A stretch of DNA of 64,000 bases, from the IMG/VR virus record IMGVR_UViG_3300046543_000266, positions 62,001 to 126,000 of that record; one strand, written 5' to 3'. The notes beneath the pieces were generated by a model. The model saw only the letters and a program-made list of their open reading frames with translations, did not search any database and was not told the origin of the DNA. Shown here piece after piece: positions 25,089 to 33,457 of this stretch (its first letter is position 1; each line of letters starts with the position of its first letter). A program made the translations under genes and the position numbers.

Positions 25089-27022
25089 CTATCTCGGCAA
25101 AGCAAGGTTCGAAGGTAATCGTACAGGAAATCAACCTGTCGCAAGTGATCACCAGTGCTTCCACCTCGGTGGTTGCTCAAGTGGTCGTCGCCAAACAAGG
25201 CCGTACCATCCCGGTCCAGTTCACCAACGCGCAAGACTATCTGGCGGAGTACGGTAATCCGAACGCTCAGGTCAGCTTCGACGTGTATTGCGGACTCGAC
25301 TACTTCGGCGAAGGCAATCAGCTGTGGGGTCTGCGCGTTGCTGGCACGGGCGCTCTGTACTCGGCACTGCTGATGTACACCGACGGTTCGGCTACGCATC
25401 TGCTGCCGATCGCCGCAGGTGTGGTTGACCCGACCAAGCCCAACTGGACGGCCATCCTCCCGAGCGGCGCGCAGAACGAAGCAATCGCGTTGTTCTACCC
25501 GAACAAGGGTCCGGGTTCGTACGGCGACAACGTAGCGCTGTCGATCACCAGCAACAATATCGCGACGCCGACGGGTTTCGCCGTGACCTCGGCAGCGACG
25601 GGCGGTACGCTGGTTCCGGCCACGTATCAGTACCAGATCTCCAGCGTGTCGCTCACGGGCGAGACTCTGGCAACCAATCCGGCGCAAGTCGTGATCGGCG
25701 GCGCGGCAGTAACGAACGTCGTGAATCTGTCGTGGACAGCGGATCCGCAAGCAATCGGGTACAACATCTACGGTCGCGTAGGTGCGGGCGTTGGCCTACT
25801 CGCTCAAGTTGGTCAGGGCGTGACCACGTTCACGGATACCGGCGCGCTGACTCCGGATACCACCAAGACTCCGGTGGTGAGCCCGGCTAACGCAGCACAG
25901 CCGCTCCCGACGTTCGGCCTCAACGTGTTCGACACGACGCAGTCCACGTCGTACCCGGTGGAACAGTTCAGCGTGTCGCTGGATGACTTCACCGACAGCA
26001 CGGGCACCGAAACGGAACTGGAACAACGCATCAACCCGTTCTCGACGTACATCCAAGTGACCTCGAATGTGCCGGCTCTGCTGGACACACCGGCAGTCAC
26101 GACGACGTCGCTGACTTCGATGAAGGGCGGTGACAGCGGTGCGGCTCCGACGAGCTTCCAAGTTGCGGCAGCGTGGAACACCTTCAGCAACAAGCAACTG
26201 TACGCGGTCAACATCCTGCTCAACTCGGGTCACGCAGATCCGACGGTGCAGTTGGCGATGGATACGTTGGCGCAGAAGCGTGGTGACTGCGTGGCAATGC
26301 TCGACATCCCGTCGGCAAGCCAACAGTTCCAGCAAGCGATCAACTACCGGAACCTCAACCTGAATCTGAATTCCACGTACTCGGCGCTGTTCGCACCCGA
26401 CGTGCTGGAAGCGGATACGATCAACGGCAAGCAACAGTATGTGCCGTTCTCGGGATGGGCGGCAGCACTGTGCGCTCGTACCGATCGGGTTGCCAACCCG
26501 TCGTTCTCGATCGCTGGTCTGAATCGCGGTTTGCTCAACGTGCTGAAGACGCGCTACACCTACGACGACGGCCAAGCGGACGCTCTGTTCAACGCGCAAG
26601 TCAACTACACCAAGACCTTCATCGGTCAAGGTATCGCGCTGTGGGAACAACAGACGTGTGCTGCGCAGTTCTCGGCGCTGTCGTGGGTTTCGGTTCGCCG
26701 TATCGTCAACGTGATCAAGGTCGCGCTGTATCAGTTCTTGCTGTATTCGCTGCAAGAGCCGAACGACGACTTCCTGGGTCGCCAGATCGTTAGCTCGTGC
26801 TCGGATTATCTGCAGTCGATCCAGAACGCGCGCGGCATCTCGAGCTACACGGTGATCTCCGACAGCCAGAACAACTCGGCGCAGGACTTCAACAGCGGCG
26901 TCCGTAACGTGACGGTCATCATCGTCCCGACGATCCCGACGCACATCATCAACTTGCAAGTCGTGATCAGCAAGCAAGGTGTGTCGTTCACGGAAGCCCT
27001 GTCGCAAGTCAATCCGGGCTAA
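25085..27022 (+). CDS. tail sheath protein
   Basis: 645 aa; N-terminal VIVQEINLS, C-terminal PFSGWAAALCARTD...IAGLNRG, LYNAQVN-like segment, SVRR, EPND. Confidence 0.9.
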   Translation: MTISAKQGSKVIVQEINLSQVITSASTSVVAQVVVAKQGRTIPVQFTNAQDYLAEYGNPNAQVSFDVYCGLDYFGEGNQLWGLRVAGTGALYSALLMYTDGSATHLLPIAAGVVDPTKPNWTAILPSGAQNEAIALFYPNKGPGSYGDNVALSITSNNIATPTGFAVTSAATGGTLVPATYQYQISSVSLTGETLATNPAQVVIGGAAVTNVVNLSWTADPQAIGYNIYGRVGAGVGLLAQVGQGVTTFTDTGALTPDTTKTPVVSPANAAQPLPTFGLNVFDTTQSTSYPVEQFSVSLDDFTDSTGTETELEQRINPFSTYIQVTSNVPALLDTPAVTTTSLTSMKGGDSGAAPTSFQVAAAWNTFSNKQLYAVNILLNSGHADPTVQLAMDTLAQKRGDCVAMLDIPSASQQFQQAINYRNLNLNLNSTYSALFAPDVLEADTINGKQQYVPFSGWAAALCARTDRVANPSFSIAGLNRGLLNVLKTRYTYDDGQADALFNAQVNYTKTFIGQGIALWEQQTCAAQFSALSWVSVRRIVNVIKVALYQFLLYSLQEPNDDFLGRQIVSSCSDYLQSIQNARGISSYTVISDSQNNSAQDFNSGVRNVTVIIVPTIPTHIINLQVVISKQGVSFTEALSQVNPG

Positions 27023-27034
27023 AGCTGTAACCAA

Positions 27035-27068
27035 CGAGGCGACAGTGCTAGTACAGGCTGTCGCCTTG
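27035..27068 (+). terminator. Stem-loop after sheath gene
   Basis: AGGCGACAG / CTGTCGCCT stem. Confidence 0.55.
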
Positions 27069-27088
27069 TAGACTAAGAGGTGACTCAG

Positions 27089-27469
27089 ATGGGATTCAAA
27101 CTCAACGCAGCAACGCGCCTTAGTGCTGATACCGAAACCAGCAAGGACGGTAAAGCAGTCAGCCCGGCGAATGGTTTCCGCGAGCAGAACGAGGACAACC
27201 TGAAGGACCGACAGCAAGACAGCCAGAAGTCGGTCGATGAAAAGCCCAAAGCCGAAACCACGGCGGATGCTGAGGGTGACGACGGCGCGAGCACTGGTGA
27301 TACAACTATCACCCTGGACATTCCGCAGGACAACGACGACGATATGAGCTCGATCGACGCTGTGGTAACGGCCGCAGTTAAACGACTGCACGCTGAGCAA
27401 GAAGTCGAAGCGGACGCCGACCCGAAGCTCTTCAACATGGCAAACCAACCGATGGGGCCAATGGCATGA
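27089..27469 (+). CDS. acidic putative internal head protein (LNAATRL tag)
   Basis: GAGGT RBS; MGFKLNAATRLSA. Confidence 0.65.
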   Translation: MGFKLNAATRLSADTETSKDGKAVSPANGFREQNEDNLKDRQQDSQKSVDEKPKAETTADAEGDDGASTGDTTITLDIPQDNDDDMSSIDAVVTAAVKRLHAEQEVEADADPKLFNMANQPMGPMA

Positions 27470-27774
27470 TCATCAATGCGGCTACCCGCCTCAAGGCGTC
27501 GGAATACGAGGTCAAGCTGCACAAAGCTTCTGATCTATTCACCCGATTGAACGCGGTCTTCCGCAACAAGCTGTCGCTGAACAAAGTCGACGCTTCGATC
27601 TGCGTGAAGGACGTCAGCGTGGTGCTGGTCCTCAAAGCGTTGCAGCGCATGGGTTACGACCTACGTGCTCGCGGCGACAGTGAAGCGGCACACATCTTGT
27701 CGCTCAACGGCACGCCTGAACTGCAAGTACAATCGCCCCGCGAGGATTGGGACCCGGTTATCAGTTTCGTCTGA
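27466..27774 (+). CDS. putative internal head protein (INAATRL tag)
   Basis: ATGA coupling; MIINAATRLKA. Confidence 0.65.
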   Translation: MIINAATRLKASEYEVKLHKASDLFTRLNAVFRNKLSLNKVDASICVKDVSVVLVLKALQRMGYDLRARGDSEAAHILSLNGTPELQVQSPREDWDPVISFV

Positions 27775-27793
27775 GACCCGTTGCAGCAATCCC

Positions 27794-27800
27794 AATTTGA
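27794..27800 (+). promoter_or_regulatory. AATTTGA late-type promoter motif
   Basis: Intergenic, upstream of tail tube ATG 27840. Confidence 0.6.
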
Positions 27801-27839
27801 CGGTGTCTTCGACAAACAGACATACTAAGGAGTATCACA

Positions 27840-28346
27840 ATGGCTCGTTCCAGCTTGTATGATGCACAAGCAGTGGCGGACCCGGCTCAGAGTTGGAACT
27901 TCGACTTGTTCCTTCCGGCAATCCCGGGTTCGTCGGATACCCGTGCTCTCACGTGGAAGTGCATGTCCACGGGTCTGCCCGGTTTCCAAATCGAAAAGGT
28001 CGCAGTTCCGCTGCACGGCGTGGAGTTGCAGTACGCTGGCCGCAAGACCTTCAGCCACAGCTTCCAGTCGGTGTTCATGGAAGCCTCGGACTGGTCGACC
28101 CGTTCACAGTTCTACGCTTGGTCCGAAGCTACTCGCTCCTGGGTCAACAACAGCGGCACGTTCGCCAGCGCCTACAAGGTGAATGCGCAGATCGTGGTCT
28201 ACAACGACCTGCCGCAAGTCGCACGCACGATCAACGTGTGGGGTCTGTGGCCCGAACAGATCGCTGACGTAGCGCTGGACGGTGCGAACTCGACGCTGGT
28301 CACGCTCGACATCACGTGGTCGTTCGACTACGTAACGGATGCTTGA
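27840..28346 (+). CDS. tail tube protein
   Basis: 168 aa; DPAQSWNFDL...C.ST.LPG...ELQYAGRKTF...W...Y...G.WP...LD...TWSFDY, T4 gp19-like pattern. Confidence 0.85.
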   Translation: MARSSLYDAQAVADPAQSWNFDLFLPAIPGSSDTRALTWKCMSTGLPGFQIEKVAVPLHGVELQYAGRKTFSHSFQSVFMEASDWSTRSQFYAWSEATRSWVNNSGTFASAYKVNAQIVVYNDLPQVARTINVWGLWPEQIADVALDGANSTLVTLDITWSFDYVTDA

Positions 28347-28348
28347 TC

Positions 28349-28558
28349 ATGATCGTCACCTCGGCGGCATCCCGTCTGGTGGCGGCAACCCACTCGTTTG
28401 CGTTTGAAGTGCGTATCCTTGACGACAACGGCCAGCACGGCGTTTTCCGAAAGACTGTAGACGCAGCAACGCGCGGAGCCGCCTGGATAAAGCTGACCAA
28501 GGATCTCAAGAGTATGAAGGTCCTGGAGTCGGTCTACCAAATCACGAGCACACCATGA
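28349..28558 (+). CDS. small putative internal head protein (TSAASRL tag variant)
   Basis: MIVTSAASRLVAA; ATGA coupling to next gene. Confidence 0.55.
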   Translation: MIVTSAASRLVAATHSFAFEVRILDDNGQHGVFRKTVDAATRGAAWIKLTKDLKSMKVLESVYQITSTP

Positions 28559-29331
28559 AAACCCGACTGCACGCTGCACGTCGGTTGGTAGTTGCAGAAG
28601 GGGAGTGGTTCCACGCGATGGAACCCGAGATGCAGAAGCAGTATCTGGAAGAGCATCCGGGTAGTAAGTACGCGAAGGATCACACGTCAACGGCACCGGC
28701 CAATCCGAAGGCGCTACCTGCGCCCACTCAGAAACCGAAGTCTGAAGTAAAACCTGCTAGTCCGAAGCCGACGCCCGAAGAAGTCAAGAAGGTGTCACCG
28801 AAGGCGAAGGCCGCAGGTAGCAAGGAACGTGTTGACAGCGCTAAGAAGCTGAAGGCAACAGCTCCTGGTCTGGCGTCCCAGTTGATCGGCGGCGTCAAGG
28901 ATTTCGGCCACGATCTGAGTGCAGTTGGCAACTTCCTGAATGGTCACCCCGAGCATGGTGACATGAAGCGTGTTGGTTCGATGCTGGTCACACTTCTAGG
29001 CACGGGCGCAATGATGACGGCTCTGGGTGCAACTGGCCCCGTCGGCTTTCTGGCGTTCATGGCACTGAAGAAGTTGGCGCTTCCCGAGTTGGTTGGATGC
29101 GCGAAGAGCGTGTACAAGGGAACCAAGCGTCAGTTCGCACCTGCGGATCGGTCCAAGATGTTGCCGGAGTATCAGGATGCGTGTGTTCGTTTGCTGGCTG
29201 CTTCTAAGCAAGATCAAGAAACGTTGCTGGAACTGATTGAGCTTCTCGCTGACATGGTTGCTCACGGGGAAATCCCGCAATCGGCTCTCGACGAAGCGCA
29301 AGCAGAACTGGAAGCCACGCACAAGAAGTAA
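28555..29331 (+). CDS. putative internal head protein with hydrophobic hairpin (LHAARRL tag)
   Basis: MKTRLHAARRLVVA; Lys/Pro-rich linker; hydrophobic MLVTLLGTGAMMTALGATGPVGFLAFMAL. Confidence 0.6.
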   Translation: MKTRLHAARRLVVAEGEWFHAMEPEMQKQYLEEHPGSKYAKDHTSTAPANPKALPAPTQKPKSEVKPASPKPTPEEVKKVSPKAKAAGSKERVDSAKKLKATAPGLASQLIGGVKDFGHDLSAVGNFLNGHPEHGDMKRVGSMLVTLLGTGAMMTALGATGPVGFLAFMALKKLALPELVGCAKSVYKGTKRQFAPADRSKMLPEYQDACVRLLAASKQDQETLLELIELLADMVAHGEIPQSALDEAQAELEATHKK

Positions 29332-29336
29332 TTTGA
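29330..29336 (+). promoter_or_regulatory. AATTTGA late-type promoter motif
   Basis: Overlaps stop codon, upstream of ATG 29414. Confidence 0.5.
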
Positions 29337-29413
29337 AGTTACACCCAATGAGTGCGATCCCGTGCTCTAGAGGTTCACAATCGCAATCCACCTTTCTCAA
29401 TAAGGACAGTATC

Positions 29414-30166
29414 ATGCAAACCGTAGCTCTTACCGATTTCGAAATGAAGAGCGAGACGCTCGCCAAGGTGATGGTCTCGTTCACGGGCCGCTTCAACAAG
29501 GACAGCATCCGTGCTGCTCTGCTCGAAAAGCTGAACGGTCTGGCAGCTCCCGTCGAGAACAGCTTCCGCATGGTGAAGGCACACAGCGCGGGCGGCGTGG
29601 CCGTGGGCTTCCTTCGCGCCAACAAGGAAGTTCGTGTGGTCGAGAACGAAAACGAACTGCGCGCATCGTACCGCGTGATGAGCTCGAACATCCTGATGGA
29701 CAACGCAGACAAGTCGCTGTGGGCTGTCAAGGAAGGTCGCGCTGGTAAGTACCTCGCACGCCACGGCAACGAAGATCTGTCGGAACTCGTGAGCGCCAGC
29801 CTCAATCGCCGCGCCGATGTGCCGGGTCTGCGTCATCTGTCGGTTGCCAAGGCAGCAGCCGGTGAGTTCGTAGCATTCGTCGGCAAGACTGGCGACATGG
29901 ACTACGGCTTCGCAGTGCGCGCCAACGCCGACAAGGTGCAAGTCATCAGCCACACGACGCACACCCCGATGGTTGTTTCGTACGACATGGTCGCTTCGAT
30001 CTGTCAAGTGCCGGTGCCGCGTGAGTTCGCGAAGCAGATGACGAAGGCTGGCATCAGCCGCGCGGACAAGGACCAAGCCAACGAATACTGGCGCAAGCTG
30101 TATTCGTACGACACGGCGTACATGAACGACGTGATCGAGCAAGTCAACGAAGACACCGTCGCGTAA
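29414..30166 (+). CDS. hypothetical virion protein
   Basis: AAGGA RBS; strong codon bias; last gene of the + strand block. Confidence 0.7.
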   Translation: MQTVALTDFEMKSETLAKVMVSFTGRFNKDSIRAALLEKLNGLAAPVENSFRMVKAHSAGGVAVGFLRANKEVRVVENENELRASYRVMSSNILMDNADKSLWAVKEGRAGKYLARHGNEDLSELVSASLNRRADVPGLRHLSVAKAAAGEFVAFVGKTGDMDYGFAVRANADKVQVISHTTHTPMVVSYDMVASICQVPVPREFAKQMTKAGISRADKDQANEYWRKLYSYDTAYMNDVIEQVNEDTVA

Positions 30167-30186
30167 TCCGAAAGCGCACCAACGTC

Positions 30187-30224
30187 AAAAGCCCCGCCAG
30201 ACTAATCATCTGAGCGGGGCTTTT
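30187..30224. terminator. Bidirectional intrinsic terminator between convergent blocks
   Basis: AAAAGCCCCGC-CAGA-CTAATCA-TCTG-A-GCGGGGCTTTT. Confidence 0.9.
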
Positions 30225-30227
30225 GAT

Positions 30228-30485
30228 TTACTGCAGTCGGTCCCAGAATTCCTGACCATACTGCTCGACGAAGGCTTCCTTCTGTGCATCGTACAGCTTG
30301 TCGGCACGCTTGCGATCACGGTTCTCGAGAGCCTCATGCAACATCGTACCGGGACCTACTGCCAGTCCACGATACAGATAGCCGTTCTTGATACGAGGGT
30401 GACGTGCGATCGGATGGGGTTGTGCCTTCCGTACTCGCTCCGCCTCGGCCGTTTGAACATCATCCATAAACACTCCGTTTTCCAT
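30228..30485 (-). CDS. hypothetical protein
   Basis: 85-aa ORF ending at the terminator. Confidence 0.6.
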   Translation of the reverse strand: MENGVFMDDVQTAEAERVRKAQPHPIARHPRIKNGYLYRGLAVGPGTMLHEALENRDRKRADKLYDAQKEAFVEQYGQEFWDRLQ

Positions 30486-30580
30486 GTGATGGTCGGCTCA
30501 TGGGCAAACACCCATTTGAGCTATTTTAGCGTTGTCACGCATAGACAGGGACGTCCTCAGCGTGACGCTGTGACCGCTAT

Positions 30581-31969
30581 TCAGACATCCGCCTCGGCCA
30601 AGTTGGGTATGTTCCGTTTCTTGGGGCGCTGCGTCTTATCCGAGTAGTCGGAACCCTTACCGCTCTTGCCGCCTTCAGGCTTCTTCTCGTCATCAGCGGC
30701 ACCAAGGCTATCGTCCTGCGGCATGTCCTCCACCCGCATGTACTCGTAGACCATCTTGACGCGGAACGGGAAGGCCAAGCTGTTACGCGACTTGGGTTGT
30801 TCGACCAGCGTCTCGCCAGTTTCCTTCGACTCCTTGGTCGCCACCCAGATCCACGAGTTGGAACTGTGCTCGGAGATCGCCCGGCTGTACCGGATCTTGC
30901 CGTCGTCAGCCACCTGACACAGCAGGATGTTCACCCGGTTCTCGACTTCGGCGTTGATCTTCGAGTATCGGGCAACCGCACCCAACGCCCGCCACATATC
31001 GTCGCCATCCACGCCCTTCAGCAGTGAGATGTAGTCGATGATAGTGACGTCGCAGTCATACGCGCTAGTTGCCGCGTACACTTCCTCGATCGTCATATCT
31101 TCCTGCGGCTTGAAGATAGTGAAGCGTCCACCCTTGGCGAACACCTTCTTCTCCCACATCCGCTGCCGCTTGTACACCAGATCCTTCTCGCCAGTAGCTA
31201 GGCGCTGCAACAGGATCTTCGTGAGATTGGTCTTCGTGACGTTAGCCATGATACGACCAGTCATCTCACGCTTACTCATTTCCAACGGAACCAGCAGGAC
31301 CTTGTAACCCATAGCCGCCATGTTGACGGCCATCGCCGCAGCCAACGTGGACTTACCGCCGCCGGAGTTAGCGCCGATGGTGACCAGCGATCCGCGTGCG
31401 AATCCACCACTCACCGTGTCGAACGCCTTGATGCCTGTCGGAATCACCTGCTCCGAGTTGTCCTCATACAGGATCGACTTGACCAGCGAGCTGCTGTTGT
31501 TATTGCGGCCGAAGTGCAGGAAGGCGTCTTGGTTGGACTTCTTCGAACGAACCACGTTGAACGCAGTGGCCGTCTCTTCAAGCAGTTCATCGATGCTGAC
31601 CTTGGAACCCTGTACCTTCTGATTGATGTGGGCTGCCAGATTGAAAAGACCGCGCGTCTGCCGGTACTTGTTAAGAATGCGCGCCGCTTTGTTGGCGTCG
31701 TCGACCGACTGGACGGTAGCTACGCTATCGCGGAAATGGGAACGCGCATCCTCGGACAGGTCCGGGTCTTCGACCATCAAGCGGAACGACGGACTCGACC
31801 CACTGTCTTTCATCTGGCGCTTGATGCCGTCATAGATCTCACGACTTTCGTCGCTGAAGAAGTACGACTCGTCAACCTGCGCCAGTAGCGCACCGGCGAT
31901 CTTCTTGTCCTTGTGGCACATTCCCCGTAGAACCGCGAGCTCCGCGCGGGGAGAAACGATCTTCGCCAT
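30581..31969 (-). CDS. dnaB: DnaB-like replicative helicase
   Basis: GANSGGGKST Walker A, VPLEM, IIDYISL Walker B, ILLCQ. Confidence 0.9.
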   Translation of the reverse strand: MAKIVSPRAELAVLRGMCHKDKKIAGALLAQVDESYFFSDESREIYDGIKRQMKDSGSSPSFRLMVEDPDLSEDARSHFRDSVATVQSVDDANKAARILNKYRQTRGLFNLAAHINQKVQGSKVSIDELLEETATAFNVVRSKKSNQDAFLHFGRNNNSSSLVKSILYEDNSEQVIPTGIKAFDTVSGGFARGSLVTIGANSGGGKSTLAAAMAVNMAAMGYKVLLVPLEMSKREMTGRIMANVTKTNLTKILLQRLATGEKDLVYKRQRMWEKKVFAKGGRFTIFKPQEDMTIEEVYAATSAYDCDVTIIDYISLLKGVDGDDMWRALGAVARYSKINAEVENRVNILLCQVADDGKIRYSRAISEHSSNSWIWVATKESKETGETLVEQPKSRNSLAFPFRVKMVYEYMRVEDMPQDDSLGAADDEKKPEGGKSGKGSDYSDKTQRPKKRNIPNLAEADV

Positions 31970-32001
31970 GTTTCCTCTTATGCTTTGTGATCAGTGTGAC
32001 C

Positions 32002-32009
32002 TTATTTAC
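32002..32009 (-). promoter_or_regulatory. GTAAATAA promoter motif
   Basis: About 33 nt upstream of DnaB start; overlaps the upstream stop codon. Confidence 0.55.
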
Positions 32010-32310
32010 TGTCGGCCTGAATGACAGTAGTGGCGTGTCCACACTTAGTAAACTCACCGGTGCCGGTCTTCTTGTTGGTGCTGATGTACGGTGTGACGTT
32101 GCGGATCCCGAAGAAGTACAGGTATCCGTCCAAGCACATGAACTCCTTGGGTGACACTGTCGTATCCACCAGCAAGGGGTTGGATTTGGTATTGTAGTCG
32201 ACGCCCGGAATGCCATACTCGTGCAGCTTGTTTGAGATGCTGGCCTGAACGTCAGCCTTGCTGCAGGATGCCAGTGCAATGACACTAGCTAGAATGAGTG
32301 CTGTCTTCAT
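32002..32310 (-). CDS. lipoprotein
   Basis: MKTALILASVIALAS-C signal peptide II/lipobox. Confidence 0.75.
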   Translation of the reverse strand: MKTALILASVIALASCSKADVQASISNKLHEYGIPGVDYNTKSNPLLVDTTVSPKEFMCLDGYLYFFGIRNVTPYISTNKKTGTGEFTKCGHATTVIQADSK

Positions 32311-32506
32311 GTTCTGGTGATTGCGCAATAGGGTGCTCGTGGCACTTGAGGTTGAACTCGATTTCCCAGTCGCGACCCCACAAGCGGTGGACGTCGCTGA
32401 TGCGCATCGCCCAGAACGCTGTGTGGGATTCGTCCGACCCTGACGGGGCTTGAGTGTAAGTGCGAATGCGTTTACGGCTGGAGGTTCGACGTTGTCGACT
32501 GTTCAT
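32285..32506 (-). CDS. hypothetical protein
   Basis: 73-aa ORF whose start directly abuts the stop of the upstream small gene. Confidence 0.5.
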   Translation of the reverse strand: MNSRQRRTSSRKRIRTYTQAPSGSDESHTAFWAMRISDVHRLWGRDWEIEFNLKCHEHPIAQSPEHEDSTHSS

Positions 32507-32617
32507 CTATAGTTTCCTTATCAATGTGACGATGCCCCAAACGGTGAATAGAACGACGAACATGCCAACCCCATTCAGGATGTGCACGACGCCCAAACCA
32601 ATCTCGGAGCAGCCCAT
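32507..32617 (-). CDS. 36-aa single-pass membrane protein (missing from ORF track)
   Basis: AGGAGG RBS; MGCSEIGLGVVHILNGVGMFVVLFTVWGIVTLIRKL. Confidence 0.65.
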   Translation of the reverse strand: MGCSEIGLGVVHILNGVGMFVVLFTVWGIVTLIRKL

Positions 32618-32636
32618 GATGATACCTCCTAACGCG

Positions 32637-33401
32637 TCATAGAACTTCTACGCGCTTCTTGACGAGGCTTTCGCTGAAATACGCCACACCGTTCACTGGT
32701 ACATACAGACGAGTGGTGAGAAACGACATCGGATCTTCACCTGCCGCCACGATAACGCGTGGGATATCAGCAAAGCGTTCGAGCAAGTCACGCGCCTTCT
32801 CCAGCTTTACGCCGGTACTGTTGGGCGTCAAATTGCTGAGCACGAGCATGGTAGGTGCAGTCTTACCGTCGATCTCGTCGTACTCCTTGAGGATCTTATT
32901 GTCGAATCCGCCGTACAGCGTGTGCCACAGGACGTTGCCTTTGACCGGACCGAGGCACGTCATGTGTAAGTGCGCCAGATAGGCTGCAAAGAACTTGGCT
33001 TTGCTGTCATCCGGATTGCCAGTCACCCCGTAGATCAGAGGTAGTGTCGGATCGGCACTGAACATAGCAAGGCTGTTACGCTGCACCTTCTCTTCGATGA
33101 TGCGGTCTTCGAGCTTCTCGCTCTCAGCCACGAACGCCAGCGGATCCCACTTGAACGCACCTTGCTTCCACACGCTGCCGGGAATCATGGCGCGCAGTTG
33201 TGCCGACGGATGACGTATCTCGATGCGACCCACTTCTTCAGGCGTCGGGCTGCGCTGTGTCGGCTGCTTTGCTGTGCGCTGTACTGCCTGAAGATCCTCT
33301 GCGGTGGCTTCATCCGCCGGATCGTATCTAGGGGTGGTCTTCTTGGCGGCGAACGGCGGCTGACGGCGACGTCCGTTGGCATTGGCTTTGATTTCTCGCA
33401 T
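32637..33401 (-). CDS. putative degenerate DnaA/DnaC-like helicase loader
   Basis: AAA+-like order (IYGVTGNP...MLVLSNL...DLLERF..IPRVIV) near dnaB; motifs degenerate. Confidence 0.35.
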   Translation of the reverse strand: MREIKANANGRRRQPPFAAKKTTPRYDPADEATAEDLQAVQRTAKQPTQRSPTPEEVGRIEIRHPSAQLRAMIPGSVWKQGAFKWDPLAFVAESEKLEDRIIEEKVQRNSLAMFSADPTLPLIYGVTGNPDDSKAKFFAAYLAHLHMTCLGPVKGNVLWHTLYGGFDNKILKEYDEIDGKTAPTMLVLSNLTPNSTGVKLEKARDLLERFADIPRVIVAAGEDPMSFLTTRLYVPVNGVAYFSESLVKKRVEVL

Positions 33402-33429
33402 GGGCTTAGAGACTCCTTGTTTGTACCTC

Positions 33430-33437
33430 TTATTTAC
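33430..33437 (-). promoter_or_regulatory. GTAAATAA promoter motif
   Basis: About 29 nt upstream of ATG 33401. Confidence 0.6.
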
Positions 33438-33457
33438 GCAAGACACACCACAGTCCC

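Noticed and set aside
27022-29414. Programmed -1 frameshift of tail assembly chaperones
   Set aside because: No slippery heptamer with a matching downstream frame was found; the genes here carry the head-type tag instead.
30225-30231. GTAAATC on the minus strand (also on plus at 24762) as extra promoters
   Set aside because: The first is a stop codon facing a terminator and the second lies in an RBS-to-ATG spacer; both lack the conserved final A.
30581-31969. Intein or intron in DnaB, SNF2 or SF2 helicases
   Set aside because: Motif spacing is continuous, and no C/S...HN intein ends or LAGLIDADG blocks were seen; the SNF2 inserts are acidic low-complexity segments.
32002-32310. Lipoprotein as an o-spanin
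   Set aside because: No overlapping or adjacent i-spanin, not Pro-rich, and located in the replication operon far from the lysis genes.
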